A stretch of 64,000 nt of DNA from Nemertoderma westbladi (Eukaryota > Animalia > Xenacoelomorpha), in NCBI GenBank assembly GCA_032718475.1, contig JAUCBJ010009146.1, forward strand, positions 5,576 to 69,575, read 5' to 3'. The notes beneath the pieces are model-generated. The model ran no database searches and had not been told where the DNA came from. It saw nothing but the letters and a program-made list of their open reading frames with translations. Of this stretch, positions 12,586-24,486 are shown in pieces (the first letter of the stretch is position 1; every line of letters begins with the position of its first letter). The position numbers and the translations under genes were made by a program.

Positions 12586-15500
12586 AGAGCCGATGCCACT
12601 TTAAATCTTCGCGATTGTTATGAATTGTTGGGGCAACGGATGACGTCATTGGAGGATATTATTCACAAATTAAAAGATTATATTATTGACAGAAGTGCCG
12701 TTAAAGATGAAAATGAAACTGCGAATACTAATAATGCGTTGGAAAAATTTGAAAAAGAACTCCAAAAAGTGATGATTGCAAATGAAGTTCTGATAACGGA
12801 AAATAAAAAACTTCGAACTTCATTGGAAATTACGCAATCAAATAAAAACGATATCTCCATTAAAGTTGATAACTTGAATTCTTCTAAACAACGCCTCTTG
12901 CGGCGTGTAGAGGAACTCAAGAACGACGTCAATCGGGAGTGTGGTCTACGAGCTAGTCTGGAGCAATCGCAAGCGAGTATGATAGCGAGACTGGGCCAAT
13001 TGGAAGAAGAATTAGCCAATCAGAGGGAGGAGGGTCAAACATATTTGTCGGAAGTGAATTCGTTGCGTAAGGAGGTGGTCCGGCTGAAAGAGTCGAACGC
13101 AGACGCTGTTGATGCAAAGAACAAAGCGGTTGAGTTCGTGAAAAAAGTACAAAATGAAGATAATTCTAAAGTTATCCAACTCTCCAGTTACAACAAAAAG
13201 TTGAAATCGCAAGAAAAAGTCGTTACAGAAATAAATGAAGAAAACATGGTTTTGAGAGACGGTGTGGAAAAATTACTTAAAGAGCACGAAGTTACAGAAC
13301 AAGAATTAGATAGACTTAGTAAAGAGAACGAAAATCTTCATAAGGCTCTTAAGAAGACTGTAGGAGAGACCGTGGAAGTCGAAGAAATGTTGAAACAGCG
13401 CGTTAAAGAGTTAGAGAATGAAGCTTCTAAGAGATTGTCAGCTGAAGATGAAATTAAAAACAAGTTTATGAAAATGATTAGCTGTGAGAAAGAAGAACAA
13501 GCACGCCTGAAGGAGAGGGTGATGGTGCTGCATAAAGAAATAGGAGATTTGCAGGAACGGGCTGAGAAAGGTGATGGGAAAATTAGAGAGCAGTTACATG
13601 ATAAAGAAGCTCTGGTACTAGCAATGAAAAATGAGATTGCGTGTTTGCGAGAGGAAAGTGCAGGCACCTTAAAGAATAAGGAGACACTGTTGGATGAAAT
13701 CAATCAGGCAGTTGATACAATGGCCAATGAGAAGAAACGATATGATGTGGATGTGGAGATGTTGAGGATGGAGTTAATGTCTTCTGTAGAAGAATCAGGT
13801 AAACTGGCCGAGGAGAATTTGCACCTCACAGAGAGAATAGCGACAATAGAGAAACAACAAGAGACTCATGAACAGATAGATGGGAGAATGGCTTCCTTGA
13901 TTGAGAGCAAAAATAAGATGGTATTTGAGAAAGGGAAGCTGCAAGCCAAGATATCAACACTGCAAGAAGAAGTTTTGAGTTTGGGGGATGTTCGATGTGA
14001 TAATGATAATTTAAGGAAAGGTAATATTTCTTTGGAAAATAAGGTGGCCCGACTGACAAATGATATTACTGCACTTCGTATTAATCTTCAGAAAAGCGAT
14101 GCAAAAATAAAACACCTTGAAAATGGCGCTGTTAGCCGTGACAAAGAATTGGGTGTTGTTATTAGTAGTCGAGATGGTATTATAGAAGATAATCATCGGT
14201 TAAAAGGGGAATTAGATGTGTTAATTGATTCTGAGAAATCCAGAGACTCAATTAATAAAAGGTCGTTGGTTGATTCGAAACGTGATAATGAGCACCTCCA
14301 AGCCACTCTGAATGCGTTATTGAAAACTCAATGGGATTTGCAGCAGTCTTTGGAGATGGCTCACAGTAAGTTAGGCGAGAATGATGGTGAAATATCTTCT
14401 CTGAGAGAAAATAAACTTATTAATTCGAAGGAATTAAAACGTATTCGACGACAAAATGAAGAGTTGCAGTCGAGATTAATATCAGCTGACGAACACAGTG
14501 CCGATGAGTTAGGACCCTTAAGGGAAACCATGGAGGAAGTGCAGAATGATAATAAACGGTTGCATGAACAGCTCGAACGAGTTGTTAATAGTAACGGCCA
14601 ATTAGAAGCTCGCATTGAGCATCTACAAGACGACTTGATGAGATCCAATGAGGAGAGTTGCCAATTGCGCGGCGCTCAGTCGCAGACACAGGCGCTGGTT
14701 AAAGAAACTCAAAATGTTTACGAAGAAAGACTGGGTGAAGTGAGAGAAAACGTGGCTCGCGAAAAAGAGATGGAGGTTAAAAGGTTAAGTAGGGAATTAA
14801 GGGATTCTAAAAGAAAATCTGAAGAAAACGCTAATAAATTATCGAAATTATCATTTTCCAATCAGGAGCTTCGAAAGCAAATGGAAGTAATGAAACAGGA
14901 ATCAAGTCGAATGGTGGAGAAAGTTCGTAGTCAGAAAAATCTTATTGATCATTTCCATAGAAACAGAAAGAATCAGCAGGAGCAACAGCAACATTTGAAA
15001 TCCGTTCAAAATGAACTAAAACAATTAGAGATTAAAAAGCAGGAATATCTTACAAGAACAAATTCTCAAGAAAAAGTGATTAATAGTTTCTTGGAACAGT
15101 TGAAATATTTAGAGAATCAGATTTCTGAGATGAGTTCAATGAATGAGCGAACAGTGGATGTTTGTGAGAGGCAAGCATCGGAGTTGAAATCGGATCGAAG
15201 GAAAAACGAGTTATTAATGAGAAAATGCGACACTTTAGCGCGGGAAAATTCAAACTTGTTAGAAACAATTCGATGTAATAGGGAATTTAAAAATACTGTG
15301 AATTCTAGAACTGCAGAGGATAACACATTGTATATAAAACCAAACGAAACTGTGCATTCTAGAACACATGTTAACCAACCAATATCTCACAATTCCAAAC
15401 AATGTCGTAATTTCCATGGAAATGAAATGGCAAAATCGAATCTAGATGGGGAAAGGCAGACAATAAGAGACCAACAAAGGACAGCATGGTTAGACGATAT

Positions 15501-15732
15501 CATATACCAACCTAAAGTAGCCAATCAGCCCTTTGCTAGAGTGGAATACAGTGAGGCAGAAGACCCAGAGAGGGATGTGGCCTCCCCTGTAATTGAGGAC
15601 TCCATAACCGATAAACTGAAACAGGCCGAAGAGATGATACACCTCAGTCAGCGCACAATGAAACATCTCACTGATAAAATAACAAAGTTAAATGCAAATA
15701 CATTATCTGAAGGGACTCATATAGAATATTAA
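12586..15732 (+). CDS. CCDC150: CCDC150-like coiled-coil protein, exon 2 (spliced product ~1098 aa)
   Basis: TTTAG|AGA acceptor, long heptad-rich ORF; segments CYELLGQRMTSLE, LRASLEQSQASM and ESKNKMVFEKGKLQAKISTLQEEV match recalled CCDC150 blocks (e.g. ESKNKLAYENGKLQ). Confidence 0.75.
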   Translation, partial: RADATLNLRDCYELLGQRMTSLEDIIHKLKDYIIDRSAVKDENETANTNNALEKFEKELQKVMIANEVLITENKKLRTSLEITQSNKNDISIKVDNLNSSKQRLLRRVEELKNDVNRECGLRASLEQSQASMIARLGQLEEELANQREEGQTYLSEVNSLRKEVVRLKESNADAVDAKNKAVEFVKKVQNEDNSKVIQLSSYNKKLKSQEKVVTEINEENMVLRDGVEKLLKEHEVTEQELDRLSKENENLHKALKKTVGETVEVEEMLKQRVKELENEASKRLSAEDEIKNKFMKMISCEKEEQARLKERVMVLHKEIGDLQERAEKGDGKIREQLHDKEALVLAMKNEIACLREESAGTLKNKETLLDEINQAVDTMANEKKRYDVDVEMLRMELMSSVEESGKLAEENLHLTERIATIEKQQETHEQIDGRMASLIESKNKMVFEKGKLQAKISTLQEEVLSLGDVRCDNDNLRKGNISLENKVARLTNDITALRINLQKSDAKIKHLENGAVSRDKELGVVISSRDGIIEDNHRLKGELDVLIDSEKSRDSINKRSLVDSKRDNEHLQATLNALLKTQWDLQQSLEMAHSKLGENDGEISSLRENKLINSKELKRIRRQNEELQSRLISADEHSADELGPLRETMEEVQNDNKRLHEQLERVVNSNGQLEARIEHLQDDLMRSNEESCQLRGAQSQTQALVKETQNVYEERLGEVRENVAREKEMEVKRLSRELRDSKRKSEENANKLSKLSFSNQELRKQMEVMKQESSRMVEKVRSQKNLIDHFHRNRKNQQEQQQHLKSVQNELKQLEIKKQEYLTRTNSQEKVINSFLEQLKYLENQISEMSSMNERTVDVCERQASELKSDRRKNELLMRKCDTLARENSNLLETIRCNREFKNTVNSRTAEDNTLYIKPNETVHSRTHVNQPISHNSKQCRNFHGNEMAKSNLDGERQTIRDQQRTAWLDDIIYQPKVANQPFARVEYSEAEDPERDVASPVIEDSITDKLKQAEEMIHLSQRTMKHLTDKITKLNANTLSEGTHIEY

Positions 15733-16819
15733 TTTGTCAGCTGTTATTTATTGTATATGTATTTTAGTTAATTATTCATTGTTACAATTATTACAATTTA
15801 GCTTATTCCTTATTACAAACAAGTGGTATATATTGTATTATTATTATCAGGGCACTCCTCAATTTCTTATTTATACAAGTTGTCAGCCAACACTCTATCC
15901 CATATTTAAGTTAAGTAATTTGTTAAAATACAAGGGTGTCTATACAACCCTATTTAAGGCTTTTAATAATGTGAATCCGCGAAAAGTTACTATTCAATAA
16001 ATCTGAAGTTAAGTGAGATGAATTGAACAATGTAATTTTCGTACAATTAGCATAATAGAGTAAAAATAATGGCCGGCAGCGCTTATATTATCAAATTGTT
16101 TTGTATAGCTGCGTAAATTTCTGATTTTAGTCGCAGTGACGCGTACTACAGTGGAATAAACGCCTTACAGACAAGTAACAATCCAATTAGCAATTGATAA
16201 ACTGATTATACCAAGCTGATCAAATAATAGTTTGTTATTACGGGGATAGATAGTAATAAAGTACAATTTGTTTTCCGGTTCGGTTACACGCTGTAATTCC
16301 ATTCAAATGCATTGGGACATGTCCCACTTGTAACTTGAATTATTGGAAAAATATTCCTATTTTGTAGTTACAGGCATGGGACAATTGGTTACAGGTGGGA
16401 CAGACACAAGTATCCTGGACTTCTACTACTTGTTATCCAAACTTCGATACTATGTGCACTGAATTCTACAAGTTTTCAGAATTTATATTGGTTATTAGGG
16501 TTTTCGAAAAAAAAGACTTGTAAAAAATCACCTCATTTTTGCTACTTTTTTGAATTTCGGGCCACCAACATACGGAGGGACCTTGTAGTGTATAATGTAA
16601 TAGGTCCCGTTAGAGACATGGGGAAACCTGACCCAAGTCCCATCTCGGCGAATTAATATCTTGTCTCATTGATAAATTATCAATTTAGGGGAAAGGAGCG
16701 GGTTTCAGTGGCACGTTATTCTAACCAAAACAATGAACTAAAGTCAATCTATTTATTTTTGGGATAATCATCTGTCATTTGTGTAGATTTATCTGAAGAG
16801 GGATTACAATTTTTAGCGC

Positions 16820-18049
<1,230 letters not shown>

Positions 18050-19112
18050 TAATTTAGCTCAAAGAGATGTTTACAAAACCAAAACCAAGCTGACACCAAA
18101 CAATAATTAATACATTACGAAGCACAAAAAACAATAAAGAGACAAAAAAAAACACTGCAACAAGCAAGCATTGAGCACAAAATACAATTAAATAGATTTA
18201 GCTGTTCAAAATAGCTTTGATAAATTATGTCATTGATACCTAAATGATAATATATTAATTGGAACAAAAAAAAACACAATATTAAGTCAATTTAGCAGCT
18301 TCACAAGAAATATAACCAAGTAAAAAAATATCCCTAAAAACGTGATTGTTTTTCTAATCCTTGTAAGTTACCAATAATAACAAAAATACATTTTTTAATA
18401 TTGAACAGATAACACAATTAATACAACGAACCTCACATATATTTAGCAACACCAATAATAAGTACAATAATAATGGAGTTTTATATCAATTTAAAAACAA
18501 CACAATTCAATAAACCCATACCGTAACACCTGTAAAATAAAACGACCAACAATTATTACACCGGAGGTATTTATTTGCCGCAAATATTAACGGCAACGGG
18601 AAATAAACTAAGCAAAAATAATATTTAACTGAAAATAAAATAATAAATAATTTAAATTGGTTGTAAACTGAAGTTACCAATTTTTATTACATAAAGATCT
18701 GGTGGATATTCTAGAATTTCTGTTGTGAAAAATACAGGCGGGCAAATAAATAGATGATGGATATTAAATTAATTATTAATAAATATCCTGTAGAAAGAAA
18801 ATAAATAAAAAAAAAAGAATATAAATTTATATTTGTTTTACAGGTTTAATTAATTAACTAACTCTTGGTCAATAAGTCGTTACAATATATATATTTTTTA
18901 ACAACACAATCTGCCACCAAACATACTGAAAGTGAAAGTAATTTAGAAGTTTTAAGGTGGGAAATCTTCGTTGGCACTTGTAGGTGGAGGATGTCTGGCC
19001 TTATAAATTATTTATGTAAATATTTACAGATTAACCGGAAGTAGTTTAATTATTACCTGTTAGTATGAAGTTCAATCGAACTGGAATGTTTCAACGATTG
19101 GGGTATCCTACT

Positions 19113-21608
19113 TGGGAAGGGAGGTGCCGGTATTGGAAGGGAGGTGTCGGTATTAGAAGGGAGGTGCCGGTATTGGAAGGGAGGTGTCGGTATTGGAAGG
19201 GAGGTGTCGGTATTGGAAGGGAGGTGCCGGTATTAGAAGGAGGTGCCGGTATTAGAAGGGAGGTGCCGGTATTGGAAGGGAGGTGCCGGTATTGGAAGGG
19301 AGGTGCCGGTATTAGAAGGGAGGTGCCGGTATTGGAAGGGAGGTGCCGGTATTGGAAGGGAGGTGCCGGTATTAGAAGGGAGGTGCCGGTATTAGAAGGG
19401 AGGTGCCGGTATTAGAAGGGAGGTGCCGGTATTAGAAGGGAGGTGCCGGTATTGGAAGGGAGGTGCCGGTATTGGAAGGGAGGTGCCGGTATTGGAAGGG
19501 AGGTGCCGGTATTAGAAGGAGGTGCCGGTATTAGAAGGGAGGTGCCGGTATTGGAAGGGAGGTGCCGGTATTAGAAGGGAGGTGCCGGTATTGGAAGGGA
19601 GGTGCCGGTATTAGAAGGGAGGTGCCGGTATTGGAAGGGAGGTGCCGGTATTGGAAGGGAGGTGCCGGTATTAGAAGGAGGTGCCGGTATTAGAAGGGAG
19701 GTGCCGGTATTGGAAGGGAGGTGCCGGTATTGGAAGGGAGGTGCCGGTATTAGAAGGGAGGTGCCGGTATTAGAAGGGAGGTGCCGGTATTGGAAGGGAG
19801 GTGCCGGTATTGGAAGGGAGGTGCCGGTATTAGAAGGAGGTGCCGGTATTAGAAGGGAGGTGCCGGTATTGGAAGGGAGGTGCCGGTATTAGAAGGGAGG
19901 TGCCGGTATTGGAAGGGAGGTGCCGGTATTAGAAGGGAGGTGCCGGTATTGGAAGGGAGGTGCCGGTATTAGAAGGGAGGTGCAGGTATTGGAAGGGAGG
20001 TGCCGGTATTAGAAGGGAGGTGCCGGTATTAGAAGGGAGGGGCCGGTATTAGAAGGGAGGTGCCGGTATTAGAAGGGAGGTGCCGGTATTGGAAGGGAGG
20101 TGCCGGTATTAGAAGGGAGGTGCCGGTATTAGAAGGGAGGTGCCGGTATTAGAAGGGAGGTGCCGGTATTGGAAGGGAGGTGCCGGTATTAGAAGGGAGG
20201 TGCCTGTATTAGAAGGGAGGTGCCGGTATTGGAAGGGAGGTGCCGGTATTGGAAGGGAGGTGCCGGTATTGGAAGGGAGGTGCCGGTATTAGAAGGGAGG
20301 TGCCGGTATTAGAAGGGAGGTGCCGGTATTGGAAGGGAGGTGCCGGTATTAGAAGGAGGTGCCGGTATTAGAAGGGAGGTGCCGGTATTGGAAGGGAGGT
20401 GCCGGTATTAGAAGGGAGGTGCCGGTATTGGAAGGGAGGTGCCGGTATTAGAAGGGATGTGCCGGTATTGGAAGGGAGGTGCCGGTATTAGAAGGAGGTG
20501 CCGGTATTAGAAGGGAGGTGCCGGTATTGGAAGGGAGGTGCCGGTATTAGAAGGGAGGTGCCGGTATTGGAAGGGAGGTGCCGGTATTGGAAGGGAGGTG
20601 CCGGTATTGGAAGGGAGGTGCCGGTATTAGAAGGGAGGTGCCGGTATTAGAAGGGAGGTGCCGGTATTGGAAGGGAGGTGCCGGTATTGGAAGGGAGGTG
20701 CCGGTATTAGAAGGAGGTGCCGGTATTAGAAGGGAGGTGCCGGTATTGGAAGGGAGGTGCCGGTATTAGAAGGGAGGTGCCGGTATTGGAAGGGAGATGC
20801 CGGTATTGGAAGGGAGGTGCCGGTATTGGAAGGGAGGTGCCGGTATTAGAAGGGAGGTGCCGGTATTAGAAGGGAGGTGCCGGTATTAGAAGGGAGGGGC
20901 CGGTATTAGAAGGGAGGTGCCGGTATTGGAAGGGAGGTGCCGGTATTAGAAGGGGGGTGCCGCTATTGGAAGGGAGGTGCCGGTATTAGAAGGGAGGTGC
21001 CGGTATTGGAAGGGAGGTGCCGGTATTAGAAGGGAGGTGCCGGTATTGGAAGGGAGGTTCCGGTATTGGAAGGGAGGTGCCGGTATTGGAAGGGAGATGC
21101 CGGTATTAGAAGGGAGGTGCCGGTATTGGAAGGGAGGTTCCGGTATTGGAAGGGAGGTGCCGGTATTGGAAGGGAGGTGCCGGTATTGGAAGGGAGGTGC
21201 CGGTATTAGAAGGGAGGTGCCGGTATTAGAAGGGAGGTGCCGGTATTGGAAGGGAGGTGCCGGTATTGGAAGGGAGGTTCCGGTATTGGAAGGGAGGTGC
21301 CGGTATTGGAAGGGAGATGCCGGTATTAGAAGGGAGGTGCCGGTATTGGAAGGGAGGTTCCGGTATTGGAAGGGAGGTGCCGGTATTGGAAGGGAGGTGC
21401 CGGTATTGGAAGGGAGGTGCCGGTATTAGAAGGGAGGTGCCGGTATTGGAAGGGAGGTGCCGGTATTAGAAGGGAGGTGCCGGTATTGGAAGGGAGGTTC
21501 CGGTATTGGAAGGGAGGTGCCGGTATTGGAAGGGAGATGCCGGTATTAGAAGGGAGGTGCCGGTATTGGAAGGGAGGTTCCGGTATTGGAAGGGAGGTGC
21601 CGGTATTG
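19113..21608 (+). repeat. 20-bp minisatellite (G/A)GAAGGGAGGTGCCGGTATT, about 125 copies
   Basis: Direct tandem periodicity, occasional 19-bp units; all ORFs here are repeat translations. Confidence 0.98.
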
Positions 21609-21972
21609 CAATATTTGTGAAATTGATTAACTAAAAATATAATTATAATCTAGTTAAATATGTTCTGGATTTGGACTGGACAAAGTCCTGTTTATATTAA
21701 ATATTTAGTTAAAGTATAATTAAATATTCTATAACTAAATTATTATTTTTATGGAAAACAACAATTATTATACCACTGAAATATTAATTATTTTTTGTGA
21801 ATAAATTATTGTAAATCGATTTATTTATATATTTTTTAATACGAAAATATTTATAAGTTTTATTATATTATTTGGCTTAGTTTCCCGGGAAATAATATTA
21901 TATACCCGGATTATCGAATCAAAACAAACAACTATAATATTGGCACCGAATTAAACCGCTAAACAATTGGAA

Positions 21973-23427
21973 TCAAAAGAACTTTTTATTAGAAATATCT
22001 TTGCTGGTTTTATAGACGTAGAAAGCGATAAAACCGGAGAGTTGGAGGACGATGAAAAGGATGAAATAAAACTGAGACAGACAGTCGGGAGGGTCTGGGA
22101 CCGGGCAGCGAGGGGCCGGCTTGTTAACCAGTCTGGAGACCTCCTGTCTCAGTTGCGAGATCCAATCCCTGAGCTCGGCGTCCGGAGCCGTCCCGGACGC
22201 CGGACGCTCGGTGACCGAACGCTGTTGGACGTCCCGGATGTTATTGGATTTCGTTTGGACGTCCAGAACGACGGATCTAATCTCCTTGACCCACTGGACC
22301 AGGTCGTTCTGATTACGGAGCATCGCCTCCACCTCGTGGCGTTGTATCCCGGACACACCGCCGGACACCTCCAGTAACCGAGCCTGCTGCCCCCGGATGG
22401 CGTCCAGCTTCTCTCCGACCTCGGAAATCGACCCGAACAACCGCGATTGCCCGTTAAAGATCTGCCCGAGTTGCCTCTCCGTCCGATCTTCGAACTCTCC
22501 TTCATCTTCCCGGAAACGTTCCGGATTTTTCTCTCGGAATTCGTCTTTCTGTTTCTGCAACTTCTCTTGGTAACCTTCGAATTCCTCCTGGTATTTTTTC
22601 TCTTCGCGCTCTGTAATATCTTCGGATCCTTTATTAGGAGGTTTATAATCCGCGGATTTAATTAAACTCGTCGTTAAGAATGAGAAAACATCGTGATCGT
22701 CTGCTAAACCGCCGGTAGCCGCGGAAATACCGAAATATCCGTCGCTCGGAAGTTGGACTTCCTTTACTCGGAAGCACAACTCCCAATGCGGGGGCCCGTC
22801 GGACAACCCGTTGTGGGTCCAAACCGAAAGGAAGTTGTCGAGGTACTCGACTCGGAGTTTAACCGGATACGGTTTGTTCCGGTAATCTACCGTGCAGGGC
22901 CCTCCTGTGAGGGAAGCGGAGCCGTCCGTAGCGGAATCGTATAGGCGCGTGCCGTCGTTAACGATCGCGAGAATACTGGGGTTGTTACCCCGGCGGTCGT
23001 TATCGTACGAGTCCATAAAGACGGCGAGGCCGCGCCATTTATCGGAGGATCCGAATACAGGGCCTTCCGTTCCCGGGGACGCGGTGTACCACAGCGCGAG
23101 TCCATCCGCCCCGACCCGCCCCCGGCCGCTCACCCGGAAGGCGAGTTCAACCTCCCACCACGCGGATATATTGTAGGGGTTTTTGTTCCAGACGAATCCG
23201 CGCTGTGAGCGCAGACTCGGGGCCACACGTATGGATTCCGAGGTGGGTATCGCGTGGCCCCCGTGCGTCCAGAAAGGAATTTTATTGTCTTTTAGGATCA
23301 GGTTGGGGCCCTTAAAGCTGAATTTGTATTCGAAACGTCTGTGAACGTCCTGAACATTGACAGCGCTCAAGGCGGGGAATATTAAATTAATAAACGGCAG
23401 AAGATAAATAAAAGAAGGTAGATACAT
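21973..23427 (-). CDS. LMAN1: ERGIC-53 / lectin mannose-binding 1, intronless, 484 aa
   Basis: Signal peptide from ATG 23427, L-type lectin domain (HRRFEYKFSFKGP, GRVGADGLALWY, SAATGGLADDHDV), coiled-coil stalk, C-terminal TM helix and KKFF ER-retrieval/exit tail. Confidence 0.96.
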   Translation of the reverse strand: MYLPSFIYLLPFINLIFPALSAVNVQDVHRRFEYKFSFKGPNLILKDNKIPFWTHGGHAIPTSESIRVAPSLRSQRGFVWNKNPYNISAWWEVELAFRVSGRGRVGADGLALWYTASPGTEGPVFGSSDKWRGLAVFMDSYDNDRRGNNPSILAIVNDGTRLYDSATDGSASLTGGPCTVDYRNKPYPVKLRVEYLDNFLSVWTHNGLSDGPPHWELCFRVKEVQLPSDGYFGISAATGGLADDHDVFSFLTTSLIKSADYKPPNKGSEDITEREEKKYQEEFEGYQEKLQKQKDEFREKNPERFREDEGEFEDRTERQLGQIFNGQSRLFGSISEVGEKLDAIRGQQARLLEVSGGVSGIQRHEVEAMLRNQNDLVQWVKEIRSVVLDVQTKSNNIRDVQQRSVTERPASGTAPDAELRDWISQLRQEVSRLVNKPAPRCPVPDPPDCLSQFYFILFIVLQLSGFIAFYVYKTSKDISNKKFF

Positions 23428-24486
23428 CGCGTAACTCAGTATTTCCAATTTCTGTAGGCCTATACCAGTATACTGCTACAGTGCTCTATCAGTCTATGCC
23501 TGTATGCTGCTGTGTGCTAGTATGTAGGCCTACACAGCTACAGTCTTACCGTACCGGTACCTGTCTGAAGTCTGGCAGTCAGGTTTTAGACCCGTACAGC
23601 AGTAGGCAGGGAAGAGGGGACTGCAGGACTGCTGGCAGCTAGAGCAATAGGTACTGCAATAGGCTGATAGGCAAGTTGAGTTGAGTGTTAAGTCTGCTCT
23701 TCTCAGCTTCTGAAATACTACAGTACTACAGACTGTCTGACTCACTGACTGTGGTATTGGTATTGGTATTGGTTTAATGGTGCTCAAAGTATAACATTAA
23801 AAGGAACATTAAAATAACACAATTATTAAATAACAACAAACATTACATAAGGAACAATAAGGAACATAAGGAACAATATCAAAACTGAAACTGAAGTTAT
23901 GTTATTATAAATTTGACGCTATAAAAATGTTATTATGTATTATAGTTATTACTCAATCAGAATGCTTATAATAAATACATTGCGCACCGGGGATAGCCCC
24001 TTAAGGCGAGCCTTGTTTCCGAGAGGGTCCCCGTGGTTAGTTCAATGGGTAAATTATACAGTATAATAAAGATTCGGCGTCATGTATAAAACAATAAAAA
24101 AAAATAAATAAATGAGGTTTCAGGTGCATGAATAATTAAAATATTACATTCTTTAGAACTATGATAAGTATTAAAAAAAAAAAAATAGTTTATTAATATT
24201 TACATTAATGCATAAAATTTTTAAAAAGCCATCCTCATGTGCGTACGTAGATTAAAATATTTGGTAAAATTTACCATTGAAGTGTAGTAGCTTCAGTAAA
24301 AATTAAAATCAGTATTTCTCCCCTTAAATATCTCTCGCAAAATAAAAAATGGGGATGCTTTGTACAAAAATTAAAACTTGTTATGATTAGTTATTTTAGA
24401 GTTTTGAGATGTAATAGATCATTAATAGTATAAAAAAAATTAAACGCTAATAATTAGTAAAAAGTATAATTAAAATCAGTGAATTG

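Noticed and set aside
12678-15326. Minus-strand ORFs over the coiled-coil gene, and similar shadow ORFs over LMAN1 and the LINEs
   Set aside because: Antisense or alternate-frame shadows with no recognisable motifs.
19065-21620. Repetitive ORFs (VPVLEGRCRYWKGG...)
   Set aside because: Products of the 20-bp minisatellite.
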